From a virus (Duplodnaviria > Caudoviricetes), in the IMG/VR virus record IMGVR_UViG_3300024999_000025, positions 1 through 38,180 of that record: 38,180 nucleotides of DNA; one strand, 5' to 3'. The notes below the pieces were generated by a model, which did not search any database, was not told where the DNA came from, and was given only the letters and a program-made list of their open reading frames with translations. Positions within the stretch are counted from its first letter, which is position 1. Each line of letters opens with the position of its first letter. Made by a program: the position numbers and the translations under genes. This document shows, piece by piece, positions 31,148 to 38,180 of the stretch.

Positions 31148-32725
31148 CTATTTATATGTATTTTCCATTAATTTTAATAGCTTTTCAGTATAATCACTAT
31201 TGCCGAACGTGTTCGCTATTGTCTGTCCTACTTGCGATATTGGCAACCCATAAGACTTTGCGTCACTTATCCATTTTTCAGGAGTTCTTCCTTCTCTTGA
31301 AACAAAATCATTATAAATTTCACTAGTTGTCTTATCTGAAAGAGTTCCAGTTATTCCGTATAAGCTTTTTACACTTGAAAGCGTACTGCTATTAGCACTA
31401 TTGGAATCCTTTAGCTGTTGCAAATATTGTCTTACTTTACCTTGGTCAATTCCAGTGTCAGTTTTAAAACTTCTGTTGATGTAGTCAATTATATTTGTTT
31501 TGCTTAATGCGTTTTTATTAGTCGTAGCACTTGAACTACTTGAACTCGAACTTGACTTTGCAGGAGCATAGTAAGGCTTATTGGCGTCATAATTGGATTT
31601 TATGCTTGCAAGGTTATAATCTGCAGTCTTTGAGCCTGCTGGAACGCCTAAGATGCTCGATATATTAGAATCAGCTATACCACGAATTTTCCATAAATCT
31701 AGTGCATTGTTCCATAAATCCTGTGCATATTTAATTTGTGCAGATTGTGTTTCTGATTCTGCTTTAGATTTTGCTACTCGCTCAGCTTCTTTAGATGCTT
31801 TTTCTTGCTCTAATTTCTGCTGTCTAGCCATTTGCAAATATGGTATCAATGGGTCGTTAGGATTTGCAGTCATTCGCCTATTTATTTCAGCCTGATAATC
31901 ATTATAATACGCCCCAACAGTGTCAATACTGTTTTTGAGTGCATCTTGATTCCTGTTGTAGTTGATTTCCTCTGCGTTTTGCTGTGATTCAATAAGCTTA
32001 TCCATTCTGTTAGCCTCTATGCCAGCATTTGCACTAGCTACGTCTGTTTCGTATGCATTGTTTAAATCGCTACGACTACGCTCTATGTCTGCGTAATTTT
32101 GTTTTTCTTGCCTATTGAGAGAGCCTATGTCACCTTGATACTGGTTGAAAGTGTTCATTGCACCTTGAGCAGCTAACCCTGACGAATTAAGCCCACGCTG
32201 TGCTAAATAATCGCTCCAGCTTCTTTGTGCATTATTCATGGTTACGTTTGACTGATTGCGGGCATCGTAAAATTTAGGCTGTATTGCTGATTTTTCTTTA
32301 TCCAAGTTAGATAATCCTGTCTGCCTAGCCTTGTCAAGGTTGGCAATAGTCTGGGTTTTCTGTGCTTCTGCCAATGCGTTTATCTGTGGAGTAGGGTCGT
32401 ATTGTGGTTGTGTAACAGGTTGCGTAGTAGGTTGATAAATTGGGTCCGTATAAGTTTGCTGTGGCGTTACTGACGTACCTACAGCCCCTGTGCTTGGAGT
32501 GCTTTGAGCATTAGATGTAGGCTTATTCATATTCGCTATTTTTTCATTTCTTGCTGTTGTTAAACCAGCAATATGACTTGTATTCTGTGCTGCTTGACCT
32601 GATGCAACTCTTGCTGCATCTCCTGCTTTTGCTGCATTTATCATGCCTGCATAATCATTTCTTTTTTGAGCTGCCGCATAATCTGATTTTGCCTTTGCTA
32701 ATGCAGCCGATTGTGTTGTTGCCAT
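31148..32725 (-). CDS. Internal virion/ejection (pilot-like) protein
   Basis: Ala/Gln/Asn-rich, LAQRGLNSSG motif, poly-Ser linker; between the tailspike and the large ejection gene. Confidence 0.65.
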   Translation of the reverse strand: MATTQSAALAKAKSDYAAAQKRNDYAGMINAAKAGDAARVASGQAAQNTSHIAGLTTARNEKIANMNKPTSNAQSTPSTGAVGTSVTPQQTYTDPIYQPTTQPVTQPQYDPTPQINALAEAQKTQTIANLDKARQTGLSNLDKEKSAIQPKFYDARNQSNVTMNNAQRSWSDYLAQRGLNSSGLAAQGAMNTFNQYQGDIGSLNRQEKQNYADIERSRSDLNNAYETDVASANAGIEANRMDKLIESQQNAEEINYNRNQDALKNSIDTVGAYYNDYQAEINRRMTANPNDPLIPYLQMARQQKLEQEKASKEAERVAKSKAESETQSAQIKYAQDLWNNALDLWKIRGIADSNISSILGVPAGSKTADYNLASIKSNYDANKPYYAPAKSSSSSSSSSATTNKNALSKTNIIDYINRSFKTDTGIDQGKVRQYLQQLKDSNSANSSTLSSVKSLYGITGTLSDKTTSEIYNDFVSREGRTPEKWISDAKSYGLPISQVGQTIANTFGNSDYTEKLLKLMENTYK

Positions 32726-32812
32726 GTAATGACCTCCTTATAAAAGAGTAGGGAGGCGGTCAAGCCTCCATTTTAATTCATTTGAATATTATTTTAAGTA
32801 TAATAATTTCTA

Positions 32813-34588
32813 CTACGAAATTGCTCCAAATGTTTTCCAAGTTCCAGATGTACCAGCTGCAGTACATACCCAACCAATATATTCTCCTGTTGCCGGGTCA
32901 TTGTTCCAAACTATATTCCCAACCTCCCAAACTCCAGTTGCAGGGATTGTGTTGCTATGCCACTTATTATATTTAGGTAAAGTAACAATATTAGTTTCAT
33001 GTCCCTTTTGTTCTAAAAACTTTATAATAGCCTGTTTAAATGTTCCTGCCGTATATGCATATACAATTATTTTTACATATTTTACTGCTGTTCCTTTTCT
33101 CATTGCACATGTCATATTTGCTCTGCTAATTGATGAATAGTAATAGCCAGCTCCATTCCATACTATAGTAGTTGATGAAAAGAAATTAGTTGTATCAGAC
33201 ATAATTTGTGTCTTGGTAGAATCGTATGTTATTATCTGAACACGAAACAAAGATTGGTCACTTTCAAATTCAAATCCTATATCATTTACAATGTCTATAT
33301 AATCTGATTCCCATAATGTTTTTGTTGCACCATTGGTTATATCATCTGCATTTTTTGTAAAATCTGATATATTAAAATTATTTGATTCTGATGTTACTTC
33401 AAATACTTTATTATAGCTGTGTAATATATCCGCCGTACAACCAAACATGTTATGATTTCCATTGTCGGTTATGGTAGGTGTAATAGATTGTCTTAAATAG
33501 GCACCTATGGACGAATACCAAGAACGCAATATTATATTTTCTGTTGTTCCTGATTCAAACGTAATTGTAACTGTCCCTTCAAATCTACAATCATACATTT
33601 GATTAAATGAACCATTATTAATAGAGATAGTACAATTTTCAAACATTGGCTTGTTAAAAGTATTATTATTATGAGGATAATTACCATCCATTATAAAAGT
33701 TGTTATTCTGCCACCGTTAAATATATTTTCGTTTATCCAACCAAATTCACTACCTTGCGAATCAAACTTTAATGTGTCAATTTTGCCCAAATTAAATCGT
33801 GAATATGAAATGCTAGTTTTGGTGGGAACATCTCCATCAGCCCAAAGCAAAAAATAGGTTGCTTTATTAATTGTTACATCACCATTTTTAACACCTTGCA
33901 CCCTAAGTGTTGCACTTGTAACATCATTTATATAATAGTTAGTTGTTTCGGTGCTTGCTGAATCATACCCAATAACTAATTCATCCGATACACTATTGCC
34001 AATAATTTTACCTTTAAAATCTAGAATTTTAATACCGAACAAACTAACAATTCCAGATATTTTACATGTTTTATTATTTGCTAGATATAATCCTCTGCCA
34101 CTTGAAATAGCATCTGCTACGGCTAACAATAAGTTTGCAGTATCATCAGTTATTCCATCCAAAATACAATAATCTTTTAGAGATATCATATTATCAGCCA
34201 AATGTGAACTAAATCTTTCCTTTATGTCAGTGCTTGCATCGCTTAATTTCAAATCAGTTATACTACCATCTGTTATATTAAGTGGTGATTTACTGTTTGC
34301 GTAATCCTCAGCATACTTCTTAGTGCATGCTTGCATATCTGTAGTAGGTGTTGGTACAACTGGGCTTGAGCTGAATGTTTTAACACCTGCCACCGTTTGA
34401 TTGCCAGTTAGCTTAACATTTGCAGCATCTAGTGTATCTATTTCCACCGTTAGAACGTCATTTATATAGTCTTTTATGTCTTTCCCTGCTTTATCATGTA
34501 GGACTTTTACCGCTGTTGCTTGCCCTGTTGTTCTATTTGCCAAAGTCTGTATATTATTTATGGTTGTAGCGTTTTTTGTAAGCGACAT
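32813..34588 (-). CDS. Tailspike / receptor-binding protein
   Basis: GNQTVAGVKTF fibre motif, DGITDDT beta-helix entry, Asn-rich repeats, C-terminal GWVCT.AGT.GTWKTFG. Confidence 0.8.
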   Translation of the reverse strand: MSLTKNATTINNIQTLANRTTGQATAVKVLHDKAGKDIKDYINDVLTVEIDTLDAANVKLTGNQTVAGVKTFSSSPVVPTPTTDMQACTKKYAEDYANSKSPLNITDGSITDLKLSDASTDIKERFSSHLADNMISLKDYCILDGITDDTANLLLAVADAISSGRGLYLANNKTCKISGIVSLFGIKILDFKGKIIGNSVSDELVIGYDSASTETTNYYINDVTSATLRVQGVKNGDVTINKATYFLLWADGDVPTKTSISYSRFNLGKIDTLKFDSQGSEFGWINENIFNGGRITTFIMDGNYPHNNNTFNKPMFENCTISINNGSFNQMYDCRFEGTVTITFESGTTENIILRSWYSSIGAYLRQSITPTITDNGNHNMFGCTADILHSYNKVFEVTSESNNFNISDFTKNADDITNGATKTLWESDYIDIVNDIGFEFESDQSLFRVQIITYDSTKTQIMSDTTNFFSSTTIVWNGAGYYYSSISRANMTCAMRKGTAVKYVKIIVYAYTAGTFKQAIIKFLEQKGHETNIVTLPKYNKWHSNTIPATGVWEVGNIVWNNDPATGEYIGWVCTAAGTSGTWKTFGAIS

Positions 34589-34590
34589 CT

Positions 34591-36378
34591 CTATACCTCC
34601 CCTTGTATTTCGGCTGAAACTAGAAAATCTAATATCGTGCTTGATTCGTCAATCTGTGCATTTTCTAACCTAAACTGAATATAACTGTAGTCATTGGATG
34701 AAAACTCCAACGGAAACGGCTGTGGGTTAGGGTTAGTTGAAAATGTGTAATCGTCAAAATCTATATCATCGAAATCTAGTAAATTATATTCAGCTTTTTT
34801 GCGTATCTGTTTAAACTCATTTATCTTGTTTGTCTTGAAGTAAACCGTTACTGATGCTCTTGTGTCTGGGAGTAGCCCAACATAAACCACATCACTCGTC
34901 TTTATAAGGTTTAATCCTCCAAACGAGTGAAATCCTGTGTCAATTTGCGCTGTGATTATTACTCCGTTATCGTCTAACCATTCCATACGCTCTATAGTGC
35001 CTTGTGAGCCATAATACACAGTACCATCAATATCTAAGAAACATGTACCGATTACGTTGTCAAACGTATACATAGTGTCGTTTCCGTAGTTCCAGATATA
35101 AACGGTAGAACCAACATTGCACCAGTATTCCTTCTCGCTCTGATAGTCAAATGTAATAGCTGTCGAAAGGTCAATAGCCGATAGTGATATTCTTATCCTG
35201 TCACTTATTACATCAGCATTTCGCTCATCTTCGACACTTGTAGTTGACCACAGCCACCATGCACTATTTTGGATAGATACAGGGTTGTTGTTGACTATCT
35301 GGCATCCGTTAAAGACTTCATTGCCAACTTTTTCATTTAGGTCTTTTACAGGATAATCCCATGTGCCATTAGCACTTACATACTCTGCATAGCTATAATG
35401 TGTTCTATCTTCCTTGAAAATTATCTGGTAGTTAGCATTATTTGTCTTAATGTCTGTTATAGCCGAATTATTTGTGCCTATGTTAGTAAAGTAGGTCACT
35501 GGGAAGTATGCGGCGTTAAGGGATGCACACCATGACCGTCTATTCTTTTGGTCTGGATTGCCCCATAAGAATATTGAGGTATCGTTACCAGGTCCGAATG
35601 TAGTTGCATACTTATTTTTCTTTACCAAATCAGCATGACCAGCAGTTACCTTAGTCCACTCAGGTATTACCATTGCACCATTTGAAGGAGCCCCAAAAGG
35701 GCTTGTTCCTGCTGCAAAATCAAATTCGCCAGTAGTTCTATTCACCGTATAATGTGTAAGTTCTGTTTTAGTAGCTCCATCAATTACTACTGAGGTTAAC
35801 GCTGAATCAATTGAAGTTTCGGAAATATAATACTTTGTAGCTACTCCATCGCCTTGAAATTCCTGCTTTTTTTTGCCTGTTAATAAGTTTATAGGTTCAT
35901 ACGCTGTGCCTCCTCCTGCTGGCGGTGTAGCAATAAATACAGTGGGTACATATGGAATGCTTTCCATTGTTCCGTAAGTTGTGCCATCGTAGTAATTAAA
36001 GTCCGTACCATTGAAAAATAATAATTTACTTTCAAAAAATAAGATGCTAGTTTTAGCATCTGTTAAAGTCCCTATTTCGGTATTAGTTTCAGCATCAAAG
36101 TCATATTCGTACACTTTACCGTTATTGCAGGATATAAGAATATGCTTGCTTCCTATGGTTCCTTCCCACATGCCTTGTACATCTTTTGTGTTTTCATAGT
36201 CTATAAATGTCTTATGTCCTTCTCGCTTTGCTGGTTTAAAGTCCTTTGTAATACGATAATTAACTTGCCTTAGTGCTTCGCCTAGTTTTAGCCCTGTTTG
36301 ACCTACTGCTTCGTTAATGCCCTTCCAAACGTCTATTCGTATTGGGTCTGGTGGTTTACTTGGTTTATACATTGCCAT
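34591..36378 (-). CDS. Tail nozzle / stabilisation protein (tubular protein B-like)
   Basis: 595 aa, beta-rich, follows the adaptor; EPINLLT, YFP and IIFKED motifs. Confidence 0.7.
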   Translation of the reverse strand: MAMYKPSKPPDPIRIDVWKGINEAVGQTGLKLGEALRQVNYRITKDFKPAKREGHKTFIDYENTKDVQGMWEGTIGSKHILISCNNGKVYEYDFDAETNTEIGTLTDAKTSILFFESKLLFFNGTDFNYYDGTTYGTMESIPYVPTVFIATPPAGGGTAYEPINLLTGKKKQEFQGDGVATKYYISETSIDSALTSVVIDGATKTELTHYTVNRTTGEFDFAAGTSPFGAPSNGAMVIPEWTKVTAGHADLVKKNKYATTFGPGNDTSIFLWGNPDQKNRRSWCASLNAAYFPVTYFTNIGTNNSAITDIKTNNANYQIIFKEDRTHYSYAEYVSANGTWDYPVKDLNEKVGNEVFNGCQIVNNNPVSIQNSAWWLWSTTSVEDERNADVISDRIRISLSAIDLSTAITFDYQSEKEYWCNVGSTVYIWNYGNDTMYTFDNVIGTCFLDIDGTVYYGSQGTIERMEWLDDNGVIITAQIDTGFHSFGGLNLIKTSDVVYVGLLPDTRASVTVYFKTNKINEFKQIRKKAEYNLLDFDDIDFDDYTFSTNPNPQPFPLEFSSNDYSYIQFRLENAQIDESSTILDFLVSAEIQGEV

Positions 36379-37340
36379 TAAGAATCACCCCTTAAACCGT
36401 ATACATCTATAATGCTTGTTTCTGATACAGGGTTATCTGACAAAGATTCTAGTTTCAATTCTGCATATTTACTTTCAAAAAATGGTACTAGCTCTTTTTT
36501 CTTGAATGGAGCTAGCCTTGCTGCAATGTAGTACACCACTGCTTGGGCTGTTATATCGTCAATTTCTAATACATCATCAATGCTTGTAAGTGTGACTGGC
36601 ACTGGCTTATATACTACTCTCACAGTACCTTCATAGTAGTAATTTACATATAAATCTTTGAATCCTTCCCATTTATATGTAGAACTCTTACTATACTGCC
36701 TATCTGGGTATTCTTCTGTTATTTGTGATATGCTTCTAAAGTTGCTCGGCATAGTAACTTTGTACCACGGAGTATAATCTGGGATATCAGCTAGTGCAAA
36801 AGGATATGAGAATAAGCACCTATTTACATGCTTATAATGTGTTGTGCCACTAAATTTCAACCTTATTGCATTATTAGCACTCACTGGAGTAATAACCCCT
36901 TTGAATGGCGTTAAATTGGTTATGCTTGCTGTTATTGTTGGCGTGTGTATTGTTGTCCATGTTCCGCTTTGATTTTCTTCTATTGTTACAACTGCGGTGT
37001 CTCGGTTAACTTCAAAATAATACGCTTTTGCTCCTACAACTCCAGATTCATTAGGGTAATACTGATTATATGTTATAACTCCATTTGAAACTGTAGGAAA
37101 GTCAACTATATTAAAATTGCTTATGTTACCTAATAAGTTTGGAGCTGGTTTATTTTCAAATTCAAATGTATTAAATAATCTTCCCACTTTGTACAATTCT
37201 TTCTGACAAAGGTCTGCTAGTGGAATAGATTTAGTCTGTAAATCTATGTAGTCAGCTTCTGGTATCTGTACGCCATCTTCCGTATATTGATTTAATAATG
37301 CTCTTACTTTACTAAAAATACTTCTAACTGATTCAGCCAT
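36378..37340 (-). CDS. Head-tail adaptor (tubular protein A-like)
   Basis: Helical termini, MPSNF, YKPVP..L...DD.LEID, VYYIAA; position before the nozzle. Confidence 0.65.
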   Translation of the reverse strand: MAESVRSIFSKVRALLNQYTEDGVQIPEADYIDLQTKSIPLADLCQKELYKVGRLFNTFEFENKPAPNLLGNISNFNIVDFPTVSNGVITYNQYYPNESGVVGAKAYYFEVNRDTAVVTIEENQSGTWTTIHTPTITASITNLTPFKGVITPVSANNAIRLKFSGTTHYKHVNRCLFSYPFALADIPDYTPWYKVTMPSNFRSISQITEEYPDRQYSKSSTYKWEGFKDLYVNYYYEGTVRVVYKPVPVTLTSIDDVLEIDDITAQAVVYYIAARLAPFKKKELVPFFESKYAELKLESLSDNPVSETSIIDVYGLRGDS

Positions 37341-37356
37341 GGTTCCACCACCTTAC

Positions 37357-37388
37357 AAAAATAGGGTAGGATTTTACTCCTACCCTTT
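37357..37388 (-). terminator. Intrinsic terminator
   Basis: AGGGTAGGA-GTAAAA-TCCTACCCT-ATTTTT after the 209-aa gene. Confidence 0.75.
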
Positions 37389-37392
37389 AATG

Positions 37393-38022
37393 TTACTTTC
37401 TGTAAATTACTACTGCATCTGCTGCGGCTATTCTTACAATAAATGTGGCACTTGTTGCCGCCGCTACTACTGCATTACCAGTAATTGTTACTCCGCTTGC
37501 TCCTGCCGTCAATGTAGCTGCGTGTGTGTCTGCCGCCGAGTTAACTATGGTAAATTCAAAGCATGAACCCACGCTGTAATTCGGCAATGCCGCTATAATC
37601 TGTGCTCCAGTTGCTGTTGTTAATGCCCGTCCAGCTGTTGGCGTTTGTGTAAATATTGATTTAGCTACAAGTTGTGCTGCCGTCAATGTTGCTGCTGCAT
37701 CCGCTACTGCCACAAGCCCCTTTATGCCATCTGCTGTTACTTCGGCTCTTGTTATTACATCTGCACCTGTTTCAGTTGCTGTATAAGTAATTGAGCGTGT
37801 TGCACCTATACCTATTACTGTAAATGCCGTAAACTGCACGTTCCATTCCTGCTCTTGCCCTGGGTGAACTGTTAAATTGGTAAGTTCCCCTACGTTTACA
37901 GTTACGTCACCTGCTCCGTTGTTTAAAATCTTCAATTTGTCCTGTGTTATTGTTAGTGTAGTAGTCGTTCCTGCCCCTACTACTGCGTTAATGGTTGCTG
38001 TTGTTACTACTGGATATGCCAT
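37393..38022 (-). CDS. Virion structural protein (capsid decoration/fibre-like)
   Basis: Ala/Thr/Val-rich beta protein just downstream of the MCP across the circular junction; GAGGAGG RBS. Confidence 0.6.
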   Translation of the reverse strand: MAYPVVTTATINAVVGAGTTTTLTITQDKLKILNNGAGDVTVNVGELTNLTVHPGQEQEWNVQFTAFTVIGIGATRSITYTATETGADVITRAEVTADGIKGLVAVADAAATLTAAQLVAKSIFTQTPTAGRALTTATGAQIIAALPNYSVGSCFEFTIVNSAADTHAATLTAGASGVTITGNAVVAAATSATFIVRIAAADAVVIYRK

Positions 38023-38038
38023 ATTGTATTACCTCCTC

Positions 38039-38081
38039 AAAATAAAATATGGGCAGGAAGTCTTTTTAACCTCCTGCCCAT
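38039..38081 (-). terminator. Intrinsic terminator after the capsid operon
   Basis: ATGGGCAGGAG-loop-TTCCTGCCCAT followed by ATTTTATTTT. Confidence 0.75.
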
Positions 38082-38180
38082 GGTGAGTGCAGTTATATTT
38101 CTGCTATTTTTTCTTTCAGTGTTTCTATGCTCATTAGGTGAGCTGATTTAATGCCAATCTCTTTTGCTTTCTTGACTAAA
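38054..38180. repeat. Terminal direct repeat, right copy
   Basis: Identical to 1-127. Confidence 0.97.

Larger units (their letters stand above)
1..38180. mobile_element. Complete temperate phage genome (probable podovirus morphology, serine integrase), circular/excised form
   Basis: Terminal 127-bp exact overlap; packaging, capsid, short-tail, lysis, cI/cro, replication and integrase genes all present; no host genes recognised. Confidence 0.93.

Noticed and set aside
31525-31560. Short tandem repeats in the ejection gene as a contingency locus
   Set aside because: They encode a poly-Ser linker with mixed codons; no frameshift-prone perfect repeat
32813-34588. Diversity-generating retroelement targeting the tailspike
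   Set aside because: No reverse transcriptase ORF and no second copy of the 3' region noticed
38054-38180. 127-bp terminal repeat as a biological direct terminal repeat
   Set aside because: The length equals a common assembler k-mer and the repeat cuts through a gene and a terminator; best explained as circular overlap

Overview
This window looks like a complete, circularly permuted temperate phage genome of about 38,053 bp. Bases 1-127 are repeated exactly at 38054-38180, most likely an assembly overlap. It is AT-rich and has Firmicutes-type RBSs and sigmaA promoters, so the host is probably a Clostridia-like Bacillota (inference). Nearly all genes are on the minus strand. Gene order is cro, early recombination/replication genes, an ArpU/RinA-type late regulator, an accessory region, terS, a second accessory region, terL, portal, scaffold and capsid, then across the junction decoration, adaptor, nozzle, tailspike, two ejection-type proteins and lysis. 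No tape-measure or major tail gene was recognised, so the virion is probably podovirus-like. The plus strand carries cI, membrane-protein morons and a large serine integrase followed by an intact attP-like inverted repeat. The most unusual features are: (1) three tandem cassettes built as sigmaA promoter with palindromic operator, cargo genes, then a terminal ribbon-helix-helix gene, bracketing an Acb2/Tad1-like gene; (2) a tRNA-His-like gene nested inside a larger tRNA-like shell, plus three more aberrant tRNA-like elements; (3) a micro-gene array joined by a repeated ~30-bp RBS/stop/start junction; (4) a 1562-aa ejection-type protein with an ADP-ribosyltransferase-like domain followed by an internal Prp-type cleavage motif (IDLQLFA); and (5) an unannotated Pro/Lys-rich 26-aa peptide coupled to the lysis cassette. 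All family assignments come from motif recognition by eye; no searches or folding programs were run.
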